From a virus, in the IMG/VR virus record IMGVR_UViG_3300005805_000044: 64,000 bases of DNA; one strand, given 5' to 3'. The notes beneath the pieces are model-generated. The model saw nothing but the letters and a program-made list of their open reading frames with translations. It searched no databases and was not told where the DNA came from. Shown here one piece after another: positions 1 to 10,513 of the stretch (its first letter is position 1; each line of letters starts with the position of its first letter). A program made the translations under genes and the position numbers.

Positions 1-2992
1 TCGTTGTGTTTTCTACGAGTGCTTTTTGTTGCGCACCTTTTCTTATGCTCGAAAACCATTTATCGGTCGATTCCACAAAAGCATATGGATCTTGGCCTGG
101 TTTTAGTGCGATCATTCGCATCACCAGTATTTCATCAGATTGTTTACCTTGTGTTTGTAGTTGTCTTATTTCCTCGTTTTTGTCAACTATTGGTCCATGT
201 GGCACACCATTATTTTGAGGTTCATTTGGATTTTCTTGTGTTCTTTTTTCTTCTTCTGCTATTTCTTTATCAATATCTTTTAATTTTTGTTCAATCTGTT
301 TTTGTAACTCAAGATCATCAAATCGATCCGCATAAACTAAAGATGGTAATCCGGTTTTAATTTGCGTAATTCTATCTTTCTTTTGTTTGGCACTGATGTC
401 CATGTTTTTTGAAACCTCGGTGATCTTTGACATTACATTTGCTGCATTTTGACCACTACCATACAATACTTGATTGACTTGTTCATTAGTCATGTTGACA
501 TTAAAGTCAATTTTTTTAATAACATTGGAAGTTGATCCGATATCAAATTTGTAAATTGCAGCTTGTCTTGGAATTTTTAAATTTTTATCAATTATAGATA
601 AACCACCATTGTCACTTTTAACTGTTTGCAAGTTCCAAAAATTATCAACCGATTCATTTATTATACTTAAAATTTTATTAACAATTTGTTCCAACGTTTT
701 CAATTCATTGTCTTTTCCAATTTCAATCAACTTAGACTTACTAATGTAAAGATGTTTTAAGTATCCATAATAATATGGTTGATATTTGTTCTGTGAGTTT
801 GCGAATGGAAACGCGGCAGATGATTTATTAGGATTATTAATATTATAATATAACCAATTTATTACAATATCTAAATTATCACGCACGGATCCTAACGTTT
901 TGAACGTATTTCTTGCTTTTAAAGCAGCTTTCCAAATAGTTGAATCCGATGTGTTTGGATCAATACATTCTGGATCAAGTTTACTGTTTGCTTTATTTTT
1001 TTCAGCTAATTGTCCAGCCTGTATTTCGTTGTCAAATTTTTTCCAATAAAATTGATCTATAAATAAATTTTGAGAAGCATCAATCGTTTCTAGATATCCA
1101 TCAGATACTTTTTTGTTACCTGCGACATCTCTAACTGCTGGAGTTCTGCCAATACTAATTTTTGGAGCTATTGGATTTGGAATTAAAACATGTTTATCAC
1201 ACGAAATCAAATTAGGATGTGCTGTGATGATGATGTCTGAGATGTCTATTTTGTTATTTTTTGTTGATTTTTCAGAACAAAACAAATTGATCAATTCAAA
1301 AACAAAGTCCAATTGATACCACACTTCATCATTTGATCCGTCTTCATAATCAAAGTCGGTTGATTTGTCAGCAAAAGACACAATACTGCGACCTTGAAAT
1401 GGTCCCTCTGATAATGATCCATATGAAATCGTAGGCGAATCTGCTGGTTTTGGCGGTGTTGGAATTGGATTGCCACGTTGACCTGCAGCTGCTGCAGCTG
1501 CTGCTCTTGAACCCGGAGGCGATGGGTTTGTAGATAGTTGATTACCACGTTGACCTGCAGCTGCTGCGGCTGCTGCTCTTGAACCCGGCGGTGATGGATT
1601 TCCAGGTGTGGGATTTCTACGACCGCCTCTACTTGCTGCTTCAGCACGACTTATAGTTTTTTTAGCAGCAGCTTTTGGTATTTTAGAACCTTTATATACA
1701 CTTTGATAACGACCCATGAATATTCTATTCTCTGGGTTGCCATTATAAAATAATTTTGAATTTATTGATGGTTGTGAATTGGATGACTGTGGTGTTGTTG
1801 ATGGTGTTGGTTGTGATGGTGAACTACCTAACGCAGACAATTTACTCAAAAAAACTTCAGTGGTTGATTGTGTCTTTTTCGCTTCCTTTGCATCCTTACT
1901 AATTTTTTCACTAATTTTTTTAGCGTTTTTAAGTATATAATTTAAAAAATTATCTCTTTCTTCAACTACTTCCTTTGTAAATTGAAGATAAGTAGAAAAA
2001 AATTCTTTTAAGTTTACATATTCGGTTGAGGAACCATCCTCTTTATCTGTTACCGTTGGATTATCAGCACGAAAACCTGCATACATTGCTTGACGTGATA
2101 TTAATTCCGTTGTGCAGTTATAAACAAATCCATCATCTGTTGAAAAGTTGTATTTTGATATAATACCAGTTACCAATCCATAATTACCAAAAGACTTGTA
2201 ATATCTTTCCAACGCTTGTTCGGGTCTAACAATTAATTTATAACAATCTAGTTTATCTGACAGAGTAAGCAATGAGTCAATATTGAATAAGTTCCAACCA
2301 AATTCTAAAAATACATTAATTTTTGGACTTAACCAAAAAGGCATCATATATTCAAGTTGTGCCAAACTATAACATTTCCAGTTTATAGTAGCATTTGACA
2401 TCATGTCTTTATTGGTTTTAACGTTGACTGATATTATGCCTGGAGGAGGTAGTATAGATGGAACTACAGAATTTTGAGGGAACTTTTGACCCGAAGGACA
2501 GTGTGGTCCAGAATCGTAGTATGTATTTGTTCTATATTTCGTGTCTATGTAATGTGGTTTACCTGTGGCTTCATATCCAATGATTGCTTTATCTTCAATT
2601 AATGTATTTCCTTCTCGTTTGTATCCATAGGCTTCGCCAAACCCAGCACCTCCTTGTAACAAAAATCCATCATACTTTGGAAGTTGGTCGTTCTTAAACA
2701 AATACTTACTAACTGGAACCGTTGGACTTCCAATCTGACCCGTTCCATTAGAAAATGCTCTAACCCACGCAGTCATTGGTCCTCTGTATGTAGCATGGTC
2801 TGTTTGAAAATTAATAACAGTATTTACACCGGCATTTTGACCAATATTAGTATTATTACTACGTCTTCTTAACTCACGAACCAATTGCCACGGAATATTT
2901 TGCGCTTCCCACCATCTAACCTCTTCTACAATATCATTTGTTTGTGGTGAGGCCCATGTTGGCTGTTTGTTTGGATCGGTGTCTTGTGCCAT
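1..2992 (-). CDS. Large virion protein, probably baseplate hub-type; 3'-truncated by the window edge (>995 aa)
   Basis: ATG at 2992 (MAQDTDPNKQPTWASPQ). The frame is stop-free where read near both ends, and its absence from the ORF track fits no stop inside the window. Position after tape measure, tube initiator and LysM genes suggests a baseplate hub (synteny only). Confidence 0.6.
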   Translation of the reverse strand, partial: MAQDTDPNKQPTWASPQTNDIVEEVRWWEAQNIPWQLVRELRRRSNNTNIGQNAGVNTVINFQTDHATYRGPMTAWVRAFSNGTGQIGSPTVPVSKYLFKNDQLPKYDGFLLQGGAGFGEAYGYKREGNTLIEDKAIIGYEATGKPHYIDTKYRTNTYYDSGPHCPSGQKFPQNSVVPSILPPPGIISVNVKTNKDMMSNATINWKCYSLAQLEYMMPFWLSPKINVFLEFGWNLFNIDSLLTLSDKLDCYKLIVRPEQALERYYKSFGNYGLVTGIISKYNFSTDDGFVYNCTTELISRQAMYAGFRADNPTVTDKEDGSSTEYVNLKEFFSTYLQFTKEVVEERDNFLNYILKNAKKISEKISKDAKEAKKTQSTTEVFLSKLSALGSSPSQPTPSTTPQSSNSQPSINSKLFYNGNPENRIFMGRYQSVYKGSKIPKAAAKKTISRAEAASRGGRRNPTPGNPSPPGSRAAAAAAAGQRGNQLSTNPSPPGSRAAAAAAAGQRGNPIPTPPKPADSPTISYGSLSEGPFQGRSIVSFADKSTDFDYEDGSNDEVWYQLDFVFELINLFCSEKSTKNNKIDISDIIITAHPNLISCDKHVLIPNPIAPKISIGRTPAVRDVAGNKKVSDGYLETIDASQNLFIDQFYWKKFDNEIQAGQLAEKNKANSKLDPECIDPNTSDSTIWKAALKARNTFKTLGSVRDNLDIVINWLYYNINNPNKSSAAFPFANSQNKYQPYYYGYLKHLYISKSKLIEIGKDNELKTLEQIVNKILSIINESVDNFWNLQTVKSDNGGLSIIDKNLKIPRQAAIYKFDIGSTSNVIKKIDFNVNMTNEQVNQVLYGSGQNAANVMSKITEVSKNMDISAKQKKDRITQIKTGLPSLVYADRFDDLELQKQIEQKLKDIDKEIAEEEKRTQENPNEPQNNGVPHGPIVDKNEEIRQLQTQGKQSDEILVMRMIALKPGQDPYAFVESTDKWFSSIRKGAQQKALVENTT
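1469..1600. repeat. In-frame tandem duplication with 72-bp period (NPSPPGSRAAAAAAAGQRGN x2)
   Basis: ccacgttgacctgcagctgctgc.gctgctgctcttgaacccgg starts at 1473 and again at 1545. Confidence 0.9.
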
Positions 2993-2997
2993 ATAAC

Positions 2998-3288
2998 TTA
3001 ATTAGCATTTTTTAATGACTGAATTATTATTGGTAAATTGCCTGGAATTCTTATTTGTTTTCCAAGCGGTATAGAAAGTTTTCCATTACCTAAATTATTT
3101 GCATTTGCAATAACCCACCAATATGATTCATTACCATAATATTTTTTAGCTAAACTGTCAAGGTAATCTTGTTCACCAGCAATAATATAAATGTCAGTGG
3201 TGTCTGGTTGAATAACAGGGTAATACGTAGTGTTATATACTCGTTGACCATCCCATCTTTTACTTATAGGTGTAAATTGATATCTCAT
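2998..3288 (-). CDS. LysM-fold baseplate protein (tail X / gp53-like)
   Basis: DYLDSLAKKYYGNESYWWVIANAN...GKQIRIP pattern; tail-module position. Confidence 0.8.
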   Translation of the reverse strand: MRYQFTPISKRWDGQRVYNTTYYPVIQPDTTDIYIIAGEQDYLDSLAKKYYGNESYWWVIANANNLGNGKLSIPLGKQIRIPGNLPIIIQSLKNAN

Positions 3289-3290
3289 AA

Positions 3291-5906
3291 TTATGGATTG
3301 GTTGTTTGTTGTGTATTATTGTTTGCGGCTGCTAAATCATTATCATAACGAACATTAACTGAAAATGTGTTCAGTCCATTTAATACATCATCATAAGTAT
3401 CAACTCTTGTAACTCCATCTCTTGCCAACTGTTGTTTATCCATTTGTAAATTATATTGAGCAGCTATTTGATTAGCAAATTCATCCACTGTGACATTTTT
3501 GACTGGAGCATCACCCCATATTGCTCTACCTGTCTTAGGAAGATCTTTTTCAAGAACATTCATTTCAATTTGAATATCAGCTTGTCTTGGAAATTGTGCT
3601 ACTCTACCCAGTGAATTAGCTTTTCTTTGGTCAACCGAACTATTCAGTAAAATATTTTCTTCGTTCCAATTAATTGCTTTTTGTGGATTAGATCCATAGT
3701 ATGGACCATAATACCAATTTTGATTATTTTTTGATGCTTCTTCTGGTATTGTTTCCCAACCAGCATCTTCTGGAATAGTTACGTTACAACTATTGATAAC
3801 CACGTTATGATTCTTATAGAAATCACCTAACGTAAGTTGAACCATTGGAGCCACCATAAATCCACCAAACTGTTGTAGTGTATAATTGGATGGTCTTGTC
3901 AATCCAACTAAATAATTGATTCTGTTCCACATAGGCATCAACTCTTTGATACTATGTGCTACTACAGAGAAATTAAAGCTAACGCTACGAGTAAATCCTT
4001 TATAGTAATACAACTTGTCTGGGCGTCCTAAATATTCAATAGTTTCCCAAGTAGCATTATTATTATCATTAATGCTTTTTACTGTGGCATTGAATGGTAT
4101 GTATTTCTTGTTTACAATATCATAGAAATAAAACTTGATGATATCTGGTCCATATGATCCAAACTCTTTTGTGTTAGCATATAAAGCATCAAATTGTGGT
4201 GGTCTTAATACTTCCAATGCATTTACATAATCAACGTTATTTGTTGGTCTGATATATCTATCATTTGGACCTTCACCAAGTCTTGTGGGAACTTCTTTGC
4301 CTGGTTGTGGATTGGCTCTAAACAATCCTTGATATGTTTTGTTGTCGATACCAGGTTGATTCTTCTTGGCAGGATCAACGGCTTTAACAAAATCCATACC
4401 AATTTCATTTGTGTTAAATTTTGCGAATTGAAGGGGTTTTAATCCTTTACCATTTACGTTATATTTTGTTTTATTAGGTCCACCAATATCTGTTAAAACC
4501 GAATCTAAATTGTTAATAATTTTTTTAACGTAAAGATTTTCTTCGTCAGCATACGTGTCTTTGAAATTTTTTGGTTGTTCAACTAATGCTTTATAGTTTA
4601 ATAGTTGATCACTTTTTTCAATTTCAAGATTACTGTCAATTCCTCCACCAACTAAGTCTCCATATTTTAATGAATTGCCTTGTTCCGAATTTTTACTCTT
4701 TTCGGTTCCTATTGAATTGGATTTAAATGGTGTTCCTCCGTCATATACACCAACTTCATCAGTTGTTGAATAACTTATTGACGATTTACTTGATCTAGCC
4801 AAATTGATTGTAACTGTTGATCTTACAACATTTGGTTTGTTACTAGACTCACCATAAAAACGTTGAGGAACAGCTTGAGAATAACTTGCTCTTTTGCCAA
4901 ATCCAATCGAATTCAACAATCCACTTAAAATACCTCCACCACCTACACCGGTTGATGATGGATTAAATAATTTGCCAGCGTTTAGATACAAATCATAGGT
5001 TTGTTCGTCTGCACGGTATTTTGATGCCCACGGTTGTTTTGGGGGAAGAATGCCACCTATAGCAGTATTGTTTTGTATAAATTTTCCAATACCAGATAAT
5101 AGTCTGCCAAAAAATGATCCTCCGCCTTGATTTACTAATCTTGTGTATCTAGCAGCATTATATGCATTTGTAGCAGTTTGTCCTCTCAACAGGTCTTTAA
5201 CGTCACCTCTAGCTATAGGAGCGACCACTTCATCAGCACGGTCTCCACCACCAACTAAACTGGTTAATGTGCTTAAACCAAGTCCGTTACTTGCTGTGCT
5301 AGCAACAGACGATCTTGGTGGTGGTGGTTGAGGAGGTGCGCTGCCAACCAAAGCACCAACTGTGGATACCACACTTCCAATGCCAAGTCCGTTTATAATA
5401 CCTCCAAGAACATTACTGGTGTCAATATGACGAGTTGGTCTGTCGAGTAAACCAAATGACGCAGGTCTTAATGCAGCAATTAATGGTGAACCTGGATTAT
5501 ATACCTTTGTTTCGTCAAATGCTTGATATCCTTGAAGAATCAATTGTTTGACTATGAATTGTGTTCCATTACTAGATCCAAGATATTTTCTAATTAAATT
5601 TGCATCTGCGGCAGCTGCATTGACTATATTAGTAATTTTTCCAGATCGTTGACCTTGATTTGGATTTTTATAATCATATCTTTTCTTTAAAGCATCTGCC
5701 AGGCCCACATCTTCTGGTTTATTAATACTATATAATTTTTCAGCATTTCCGTTATTTTCAAACAAAGCACGTATTTTGCCTGGGGATCTAATATTAATAA
5801 AATCAGGTGGAGGAAGTGTTAAACCAGCACCTTGAACATTTGATAACGTGGTGATTTGGTCTGATCCACCTGTAAATCCTTCTACGAATGTATTGCTATT
5901 TGCCAT
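3291..5906 (-). CDS. Baseplate / tail-tube initiator-like protein (gp48/gp54-like C-terminal domain)
   Basis: 871 aa; C-terminal WETIEYLGRPDKLYYYKGFTRSVSFNF...APMVQLTLGD is typical of tube-initiator folds; follows tape measure. Confidence 0.6.
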   Translation of the reverse strand: MANSNTFVEGFTGGSDQITTLSNVQGAGLTLPPPDFINIRSPGKIRALFENNGNAEKLYSINKPEDVGLADALKKRYDYKNPNQGQRSGKITNIVNAAAADANLIRKYLGSSNGTQFIVKQLILQGYQAFDETKVYNPGSPLIAALRPASFGLLDRPTRHIDTSNVLGGIINGLGIGSVVSTVGALVGSAPPQPPPPRSSVASTASNGLGLSTLTSLVGGGDRADEVVAPIARGDVKDLLRGQTATNAYNAARYTRLVNQGGGSFFGRLLSGIGKFIQNNTAIGGILPPKQPWASKYRADEQTYDLYLNAGKLFNPSSTGVGGGGILSGLLNSIGFGKRASYSQAVPQRFYGESSNKPNVVRSTVTINLARSSKSSISYSTTDEVGVYDGGTPFKSNSIGTEKSKNSEQGNSLKYGDLVGGGIDSNLEIEKSDQLLNYKALVEQPKNFKDTYADEENLYVKKIINNLDSVLTDIGGPNKTKYNVNGKGLKPLQFAKFNTNEIGMDFVKAVDPAKKNQPGIDNKTYQGLFRANPQPGKEVPTRLGEGPNDRYIRPTNNVDYVNALEVLRPPQFDALYANTKEFGSYGPDIIKFYFYDIVNKKYIPFNATVKSINDNNNATWETIEYLGRPDKLYYYKGFTRSVSFNFSVVAHSIKELMPMWNRINYLVGLTRPSNYTLQQFGGFMVAPMVQLTLGDFYKNHNVVINSCNVTIPEDAGWETIPEEASKNNQNWYYGPYYGSNPQKAINWNEENILLNSSVDQRKANSLGRVAQFPRQADIQIEMNVLEKDLPKTGRAIWGDAPVKNVTVDEFANQIAAQYNLQMDKQQLARDGVTRVDTYDDVLNGLNTFSVNVRYDNDLAAANNNTQQTTNP

Positions 5907-5910
5907 TGTA

Positions 5911-5918
5911 TATAAATA
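5911..5918 (-). promoter_or_regulatory. TATTTATA upstream motif (candidate late promoter)
   Basis: 4 nt before ATG 5906; recurs before most structural genes. Confidence 0.6.
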
Positions 5919-5927
5919 GTATTATAC

Positions 5928-8561
5928 TTAGAATGTTGCTTGTCCTAATGATCCTCTTGTATTAGAAGATTTAGCCAAAGCATAGTTAACCTTTTGACCA
6001 TCAAGATTAACTGAGATACCACCATTAACCATAGTTTCAGTTAAGTTATCGACTCTATCAGCAATAAATCTTAAACCTTCTTCTAGTTTTGCCATACCAG
6101 CATCTTTTGTCTCGTTCATCTTGGCTAATACTTCAGCTCCTTTTACATCAATATTGAGTTCTGGTAGTTTAGTTCCAGACAGTTCTTTTAATGCACCAGC
6201 AGCAACTTTGATTCCAGCAGCTGCATTGCTCAATAATGACAACTGTGTTGTTATTCTGGTCAATTCTCTTGTGGGAAACAATATCATAGCAGCACCCAAT
6301 ATACCCAGTGAGTAACTTAGTGCTGTTATACCTGCTGCTCCAACAAGAAGTAATGGAGCAACAAGAGCAAGTTTTATAAGTGGAGCAGAAACACCAGCTA
6401 TGACCTCTGGTAGTTGTTTGAATGCTGCCAACATGGTTTCAAATGCTTTGGTAAGAACTCCGGCTACAATAGTTGCCAACCCAGTAAATATCACTCCCAA
6501 AATTGCGAGTGATGGAGCTATCATTTGAATAGCTTTAGCAAATCCAATTGCTGCTAATGATACTATTCCTAGAGCAGCTGCAAATAATATTACCCCCACA
6601 TTTAAACCTGGTATCAACATTATTGCTCCTAGTGCTACCAGTGAAGCACCAAGTATTACCAAAGCAGCGGTAAATGTCATTATTTGTTCGCCACTCACAC
6701 TTCCCAACATACTAAATGCTTTGGCTAGACCCATCACCGATAATGTTAATATTCCTAAAACCAGTGCCATTTTTATAAGTTGAGCTGGACTTATTGAACC
6801 AAATGCTGACGCCATACCTTTGATTCCGTTTGCCATAGCCTCCAGTCCTTTACCAACACCAGTTCCGGCAGATTCTGCAGCTTTTGCCAAGGCATCTCCA
6901 AGAAAATTAAGCACAGAGGATAATGTTCCTTTTAGTAGTTTAAACGTTCCAATTACTAAAAGAATGGCCGTAACGCCTACTGCTGCCCATTTACCAAGTG
7001 GATTTTCAATATTGGTTATTAACGATATAAATTTGAAGAAATAAACTTGAACACCCATGATCAAGTCATAAAGTGGTTTCATCAATTTACCAATATTATT
7101 CAAAGCTTCTTGTTTTGCTTGAGTTAATTTTTGAAGTTCTGCTTCAGCAGTTTTTTGTTCAAGTATTTTTTTGAGTTCTTCTTTACGTGCTTCAAGTCCA
7201 CCCTTCTGTAATTTTTCAAGCTCCTTTTGAGCCTTTTTCATTTTTTCTGCTTCTTCTGGGAACATACGTTCAGCCTCAAGCATGTTCTTACGTTGAGTTT
7301 GAATCTTTTGTAGTTCACCAAAATCTTTACCAGTAGCTTCAGCAAGTGCTTTACGTTGGTTGTAATTCAATTTATCAAGATCACCAACACGTTCAACTTC
7401 TTTTTGTAATGCTTTTTCAGCACCAAGCAAATCACCAGCAAATGCCAATCTACGTGATTCATTAAAATTTATATTTTGACCAAGCAATGCGGAGGCTTTT
7501 AATTCTGCACCAATTGATGATTCAAAATTTAAAAGTGCTTCGGCTGACTTGGCCATACCGTCTAATGAAGTTCCGAGTTTTCTTGCTTCAGCTGCTTGTT
7601 TGATTAACTCAGCAGTATTGCCTTTAAAGATTGTTCTAACAGCACCACTTGCACTGGCAACATCTCTCATTACTGTGCCGATTGGAACACCGGCTGCTTC
7701 GGCTGCTTTAGAAGCAATTGCGGTCATTGCTTCTTGAGCCATAACAGACGTGCCGCCTACTTCAGCAAGTGTGGTTTGAAACTTGGTTGCTTCATCAACA
7801 CTCAAACCAGTCAAACGACTAATGTTTGCTGATTCTTTACCAATTGCGGCAAGTTGTGGTCCAGTAAGAGCATATTCTTTACGAATAGCAGTAACGGCAG
7901 CAAGTATTTCTTGATTTGATGCTAAATTAGTTGATAATCCAGTATTGACTTTCTGAATTTCTTTATACTGATTATTAATTTCGTCTTTGGTTGTTCCTTG
8001 TGCTTTGGCAGTATCGCTCAACAATTTGTCATATCCTTCGGCCAATGACATGATTGTTTGATATACTCCTAAAATTTTGTCGTAAAGTTCTCTATTTTTG
8101 TTTAGTGCTGCAGCTTCTCGTTCTGCTTCTTTGGCTGCAACCCCTGCTAATTGAGCTTTTTTACCTATTAAAAGTTTTTGTTTTTCAAGATTATCGTTTT
8201 GTAATTGTGTTAGTCGAACTTGTTCTGTTGCTGTCAAACTTGATTTTGACGCCAAATTATTTCTTTCAGCAATTAAACTTTTAATTTGAAACATCTGACC
8301 TATTGCATTTTCTTGAACACTCTTCATTTCAAGAGCTTTGTTTTTTAATGCAGTTTCTTGAACTTGCATTTCCGCTAACTTTTTTGTAGTCAATGCAGCT
8401 GGATCAACCCAACCGTTCATTTTTTTACCAAGATCTTCAGCCGATCTAGTAATAGAATTAAGGTTCTTCATACCTTCTTCAAGTTCTTTAGCAAATTTTT
8501 TGCCAACTCCTTGAAGTGCTTGTTCCAAACTTCTGATGTCTTTATCGAACGACGATGCCAT
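5928..8561 (-). CDS. Tail tape measure protein
   Basis: 877 aa Ala/Leu/Lys-rich helical protein with a hydrophobic C-terminal half, just downstream of the tail chaperone. Confidence 0.85.
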   Translation of the reverse strand: MASSFDKDIRSLEQALQGVGKKFAKELEEGMKNLNSITRSAEDLGKKMNGWVDPAALTTKKLAEMQVQETALKNKALEMKSVQENAIGQMFQIKSLIAERNNLASKSSLTATEQVRLTQLQNDNLEKQKLLIGKKAQLAGVAAKEAEREAAALNKNRELYDKILGVYQTIMSLAEGYDKLLSDTAKAQGTTKDEINNQYKEIQKVNTGLSTNLASNQEILAAVTAIRKEYALTGPQLAAIGKESANISRLTGLSVDEATKFQTTLAEVGGTSVMAQEAMTAIASKAAEAAGVPIGTVMRDVASASGAVRTIFKGNTAELIKQAAEARKLGTSLDGMAKSAEALLNFESSIGAELKASALLGQNINFNESRRLAFAGDLLGAEKALQKEVERVGDLDKLNYNQRKALAEATGKDFGELQKIQTQRKNMLEAERMFPEEAEKMKKAQKELEKLQKGGLEARKEELKKILEQKTAEAELQKLTQAKQEALNNIGKLMKPLYDLIMGVQVYFFKFISLITNIENPLGKWAAVGVTAILLVIGTFKLLKGTLSSVLNFLGDALAKAAESAGTGVGKGLEAMANGIKGMASAFGSISPAQLIKMALVLGILTLSVMGLAKAFSMLGSVSGEQIMTFTAALVILGASLVALGAIMLIPGLNVGVILFAAALGIVSLAAIGFAKAIQMIAPSLAILGVIFTGLATIVAGVLTKAFETMLAAFKQLPEVIAGVSAPLIKLALVAPLLLVGAAGITALSYSLGILGAAMILFPTRELTRITTQLSLLSNAAAGIKVAAGALKELSGTKLPELNIDVKGAEVLAKMNETKDAGMAKLEEGLRFIADRVDNLTETMVNGGISVNLDGQKVNYALAKSSNTRGSLGQATF

Positions 8562-8590
8562 ATTCTGTTATTATATTAATAAATATCTAG

Positions 8591-8818
8591 TTAGCCAAAA
8601 CTAGGTCTATCTATTTTACCAGAACGTGGTGGTGGTTTTGATGCTGATTTTGTTTGTTCAGCCTCTTTTTCCTTGGCATCTATGAGTTTTTTGTAATAAA
8701 AATTTCTAAGATATACTGGTAGGTTGTATACCTCAGTCGGAAAGAATCCTCCATTACCATAATAACAGAGGTCAAATATAACTTGTTGGATGTAAACCTT
8801 ATACTCTGGAGTCAGGCC
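8591..8818 (-). CDS. Frameshift extension of the tail assembly chaperone (GT-like / gp51-like, 75 aa, no ATG)
   Basis: Frame GLTPEYKVYIQQVIFDLCYYGNGGFFPTEVYNLPVYLRNFYYKKL...RPSFG* is in the +1 frame of 8799..9605 and follows a T7 run at 8819-8825. Confidence 0.7.
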   Translation of the reverse strand, partial: GLTPEYKVYIQQVIFDLCYYGNGGFFPTEVYNLPVYLRNFYYKKLIDAKEKEAEQTKSASKPPPRSGKIDRPSFG

Positions 8819-9605
8819 AAAAAAATTGGACAGTCATTGGCACTGCTGCCCTTTCTTCGGCACCGCACTCTTTGCAACTAAAGTCAAATGATGAATCAAT
8901 ATCGGGAGTAAATTCTCTTACATATTGACGTAGAGCTAAACTGTCTCTACTTTGCATATTGTCAACAAATGACTTGATCTTGACTGGATCCTCATCACCA
9001 TTGACTTCTACAATCATTTTCTTTAGACGTGATGTAATTTCAGCAGAAGCAGTCTTGTTTAATTTTGTCAAAGCTGTTGCATCACGTTCAATAGACTTTT
9101 CGTCTTCGTCTGTCAACAATTTAAACTTTATATTAACCTTTGAATAGGGTAAAGTATAATCAAACAAATTTACGCCTGGTTCAAATTTTGTTTCGTCCAA
9201 TTCCTTTTCTTTGAGCTCACTCAGATTTACATTTACTTTGTTAACAGATTGACATTTAGGACATGGAACATCAACTGGACCATAATTGTCACCATAAGCT
9301 ATACGACGAACTGCAAAGATTACAGCATTTTTATCGCCAATAAGAAAGTCGGTTGTTTTGATGTTTTTATCAACAATAAGAGACTCAAGAAGTTTATCAA
9401 TTGCCAATCCTTTCTTGAGAAGATTTGGGCTGGTAAGAATATCTTCTTCTTTAGCAGTCATCATCTTTATTTCAACTGTTCCTTTTGATAATGGATGATT
9501 TGCTGGATAAAACAATCCTTTACTTGGAAGATCTATAACTTCAGTAGGAAACGTATTTTGTGGTTTATTGACCGCTGTTCTTTGTAAAACAATTTCTTCG
9601 CTCAT
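8799..9605 (-). CDS. Tail assembly chaperone / baseplate hub assembly protein (T4 gp26-like)
   Basis: IDLPSKG, MTAKEEDIL, two CxxC motifs (CPKC, CKEC), ends FFWP; upstream of tape measure. Confidence 0.8.
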   Translation of the reverse strand: MSEEIVLQRTAVNKPQNTFPTEVIDLPSKGLFYPANHPLSKGTVEIKMMTAKEEDILTSPNLLKKGLAIDKLLESLIVDKNIKTTDFLIGDKNAVIFAVRRIAYGDNYGPVDVPCPKCQSVNKVNVNLSELKEKELDETKFEPGVNLFDYTLPYSKVNIKFKLLTDEDEKSIERDATALTKLNKTASAEITSRLKKMIVEVNGDEDPVKIKSFVDNMQSRDSLALRQYVREFTPDIDSSFDFSCKECGAEERAAVPMTVQFFWPDSRV

Positions 9606-9649
9606 AAATTATAACAATACATAGACCAATATCTGACTTTTTAAATATT

Positions 9650-10438
9650 TTATTTTGGCTTTATTTTATTTTGAGCATCTTGAGCCGCCTTAGTCAAAAT
9701 TGTAGCTCTGGTATTAATTTTAGCAATAGCATCTTTGAATGATGATTCTGGTCCAATTAACGCATCCATAAAACTATTGTCTTCTTTAATCATTTGTTTC
9801 ACTATTTCCTTATACTTTTGTTTTTTAGCTTCATCCATAGGTTTATTTTTGGTTAATATATTATAAATACTCTTGACCACACCAGTTTTTACACCTGGAT
9901 AATTAGTGGTAAAATTTTCAAAATCGTTGTTTGCTAAATCTTGTCTCAATGTGCTAGCACTGATACTTTGTCCATTTTTATCATCAGTTCTACCTTGATA
10001 CAATACTGGAGCATCATCAGTCATTTCTACAGACGATACATTTTCTGGTGCTGTTCGGCCGTCCTTTGTTGGTTTGGTTTTATAACGTTGAATAGCAGCA
10101 GAAAATATCTTGCTACGTTTTGCATCTTCTGGACTCTTTGAACTTGCAGCCAAAGCAATCACTTCATTACTGTCTTTTGGCAAACCAAATACGTATCCAA
10201 AAGCAGCATTCATTGGACTGTCATCATCTACTGGAACCACTTTGATCTTTGGGTTGGTAGGCAATAGGTTCCAAATAGCCACACTTTGTTGACGATTGAT
10301 GCCATCACGTTCACTGGGTCCAACCATCACAATTACTTTGCCTACATCAGCCCTACTGGCAAATTTGTTAGCTAACCCCAAATGTCCAGCATGTGGTGGT
10401 TTAAATCCGCCTGGTAGTAGCACCGTTACTTTGTTCAT
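9650..10438 (-). CDS. Cytidylyltransferase-like (HxGH) nucleotidyltransferase
   Basis: PGGFKPPHAGH and ISASTLR motifs. Confidence 0.8.
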   Translation of the reverse strand: MNKVTVLLPGGFKPPHAGHLGLANKFASRADVGKVIVMVGPSERDGINRQQSVAIWNLLPTNPKIKVVPVDDDSPMNAAFGYVFGLPKDSNEVIALAASSKSPEDAKRSKIFSAAIQRYKTKPTKDGRTAPENVSSVEMTDDAPVLYQGRTDDKNGQSISASTLRQDLANNDFENFTTNYPGVKTGVVKSIYNILTKNKPMDEAKKQKYKEIVKQMIKEDNSFMDALIGPESSFKDAIAKINTRATILTKAAQDAQNKIKPK

Positions 10439-10453
10439 ATCAATAAATATATG

Positions 10454-10491
10454 AAAAGAAAAAAACCCCTCGCTTTTTCAGCGAAGGGTTT
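10454..10491 (-). terminator. Intrinsic terminator after the tail tube gene
   Basis: Minus strand AAACCCTTCGC-TGAAAAA-GCGAGGGGTTT followed by a T run. Confidence 0.85.
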
Positions 10492-10513
10492 AAAGGACAT
10501 AAATGAACAAGAA

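Noticed and set aside
1291-1647. 118-aa Gln-rich minus ORF and short plus ORFs in 1-2900
   Set aside because: Alternate or antisense frames of the long gene starting at 2992
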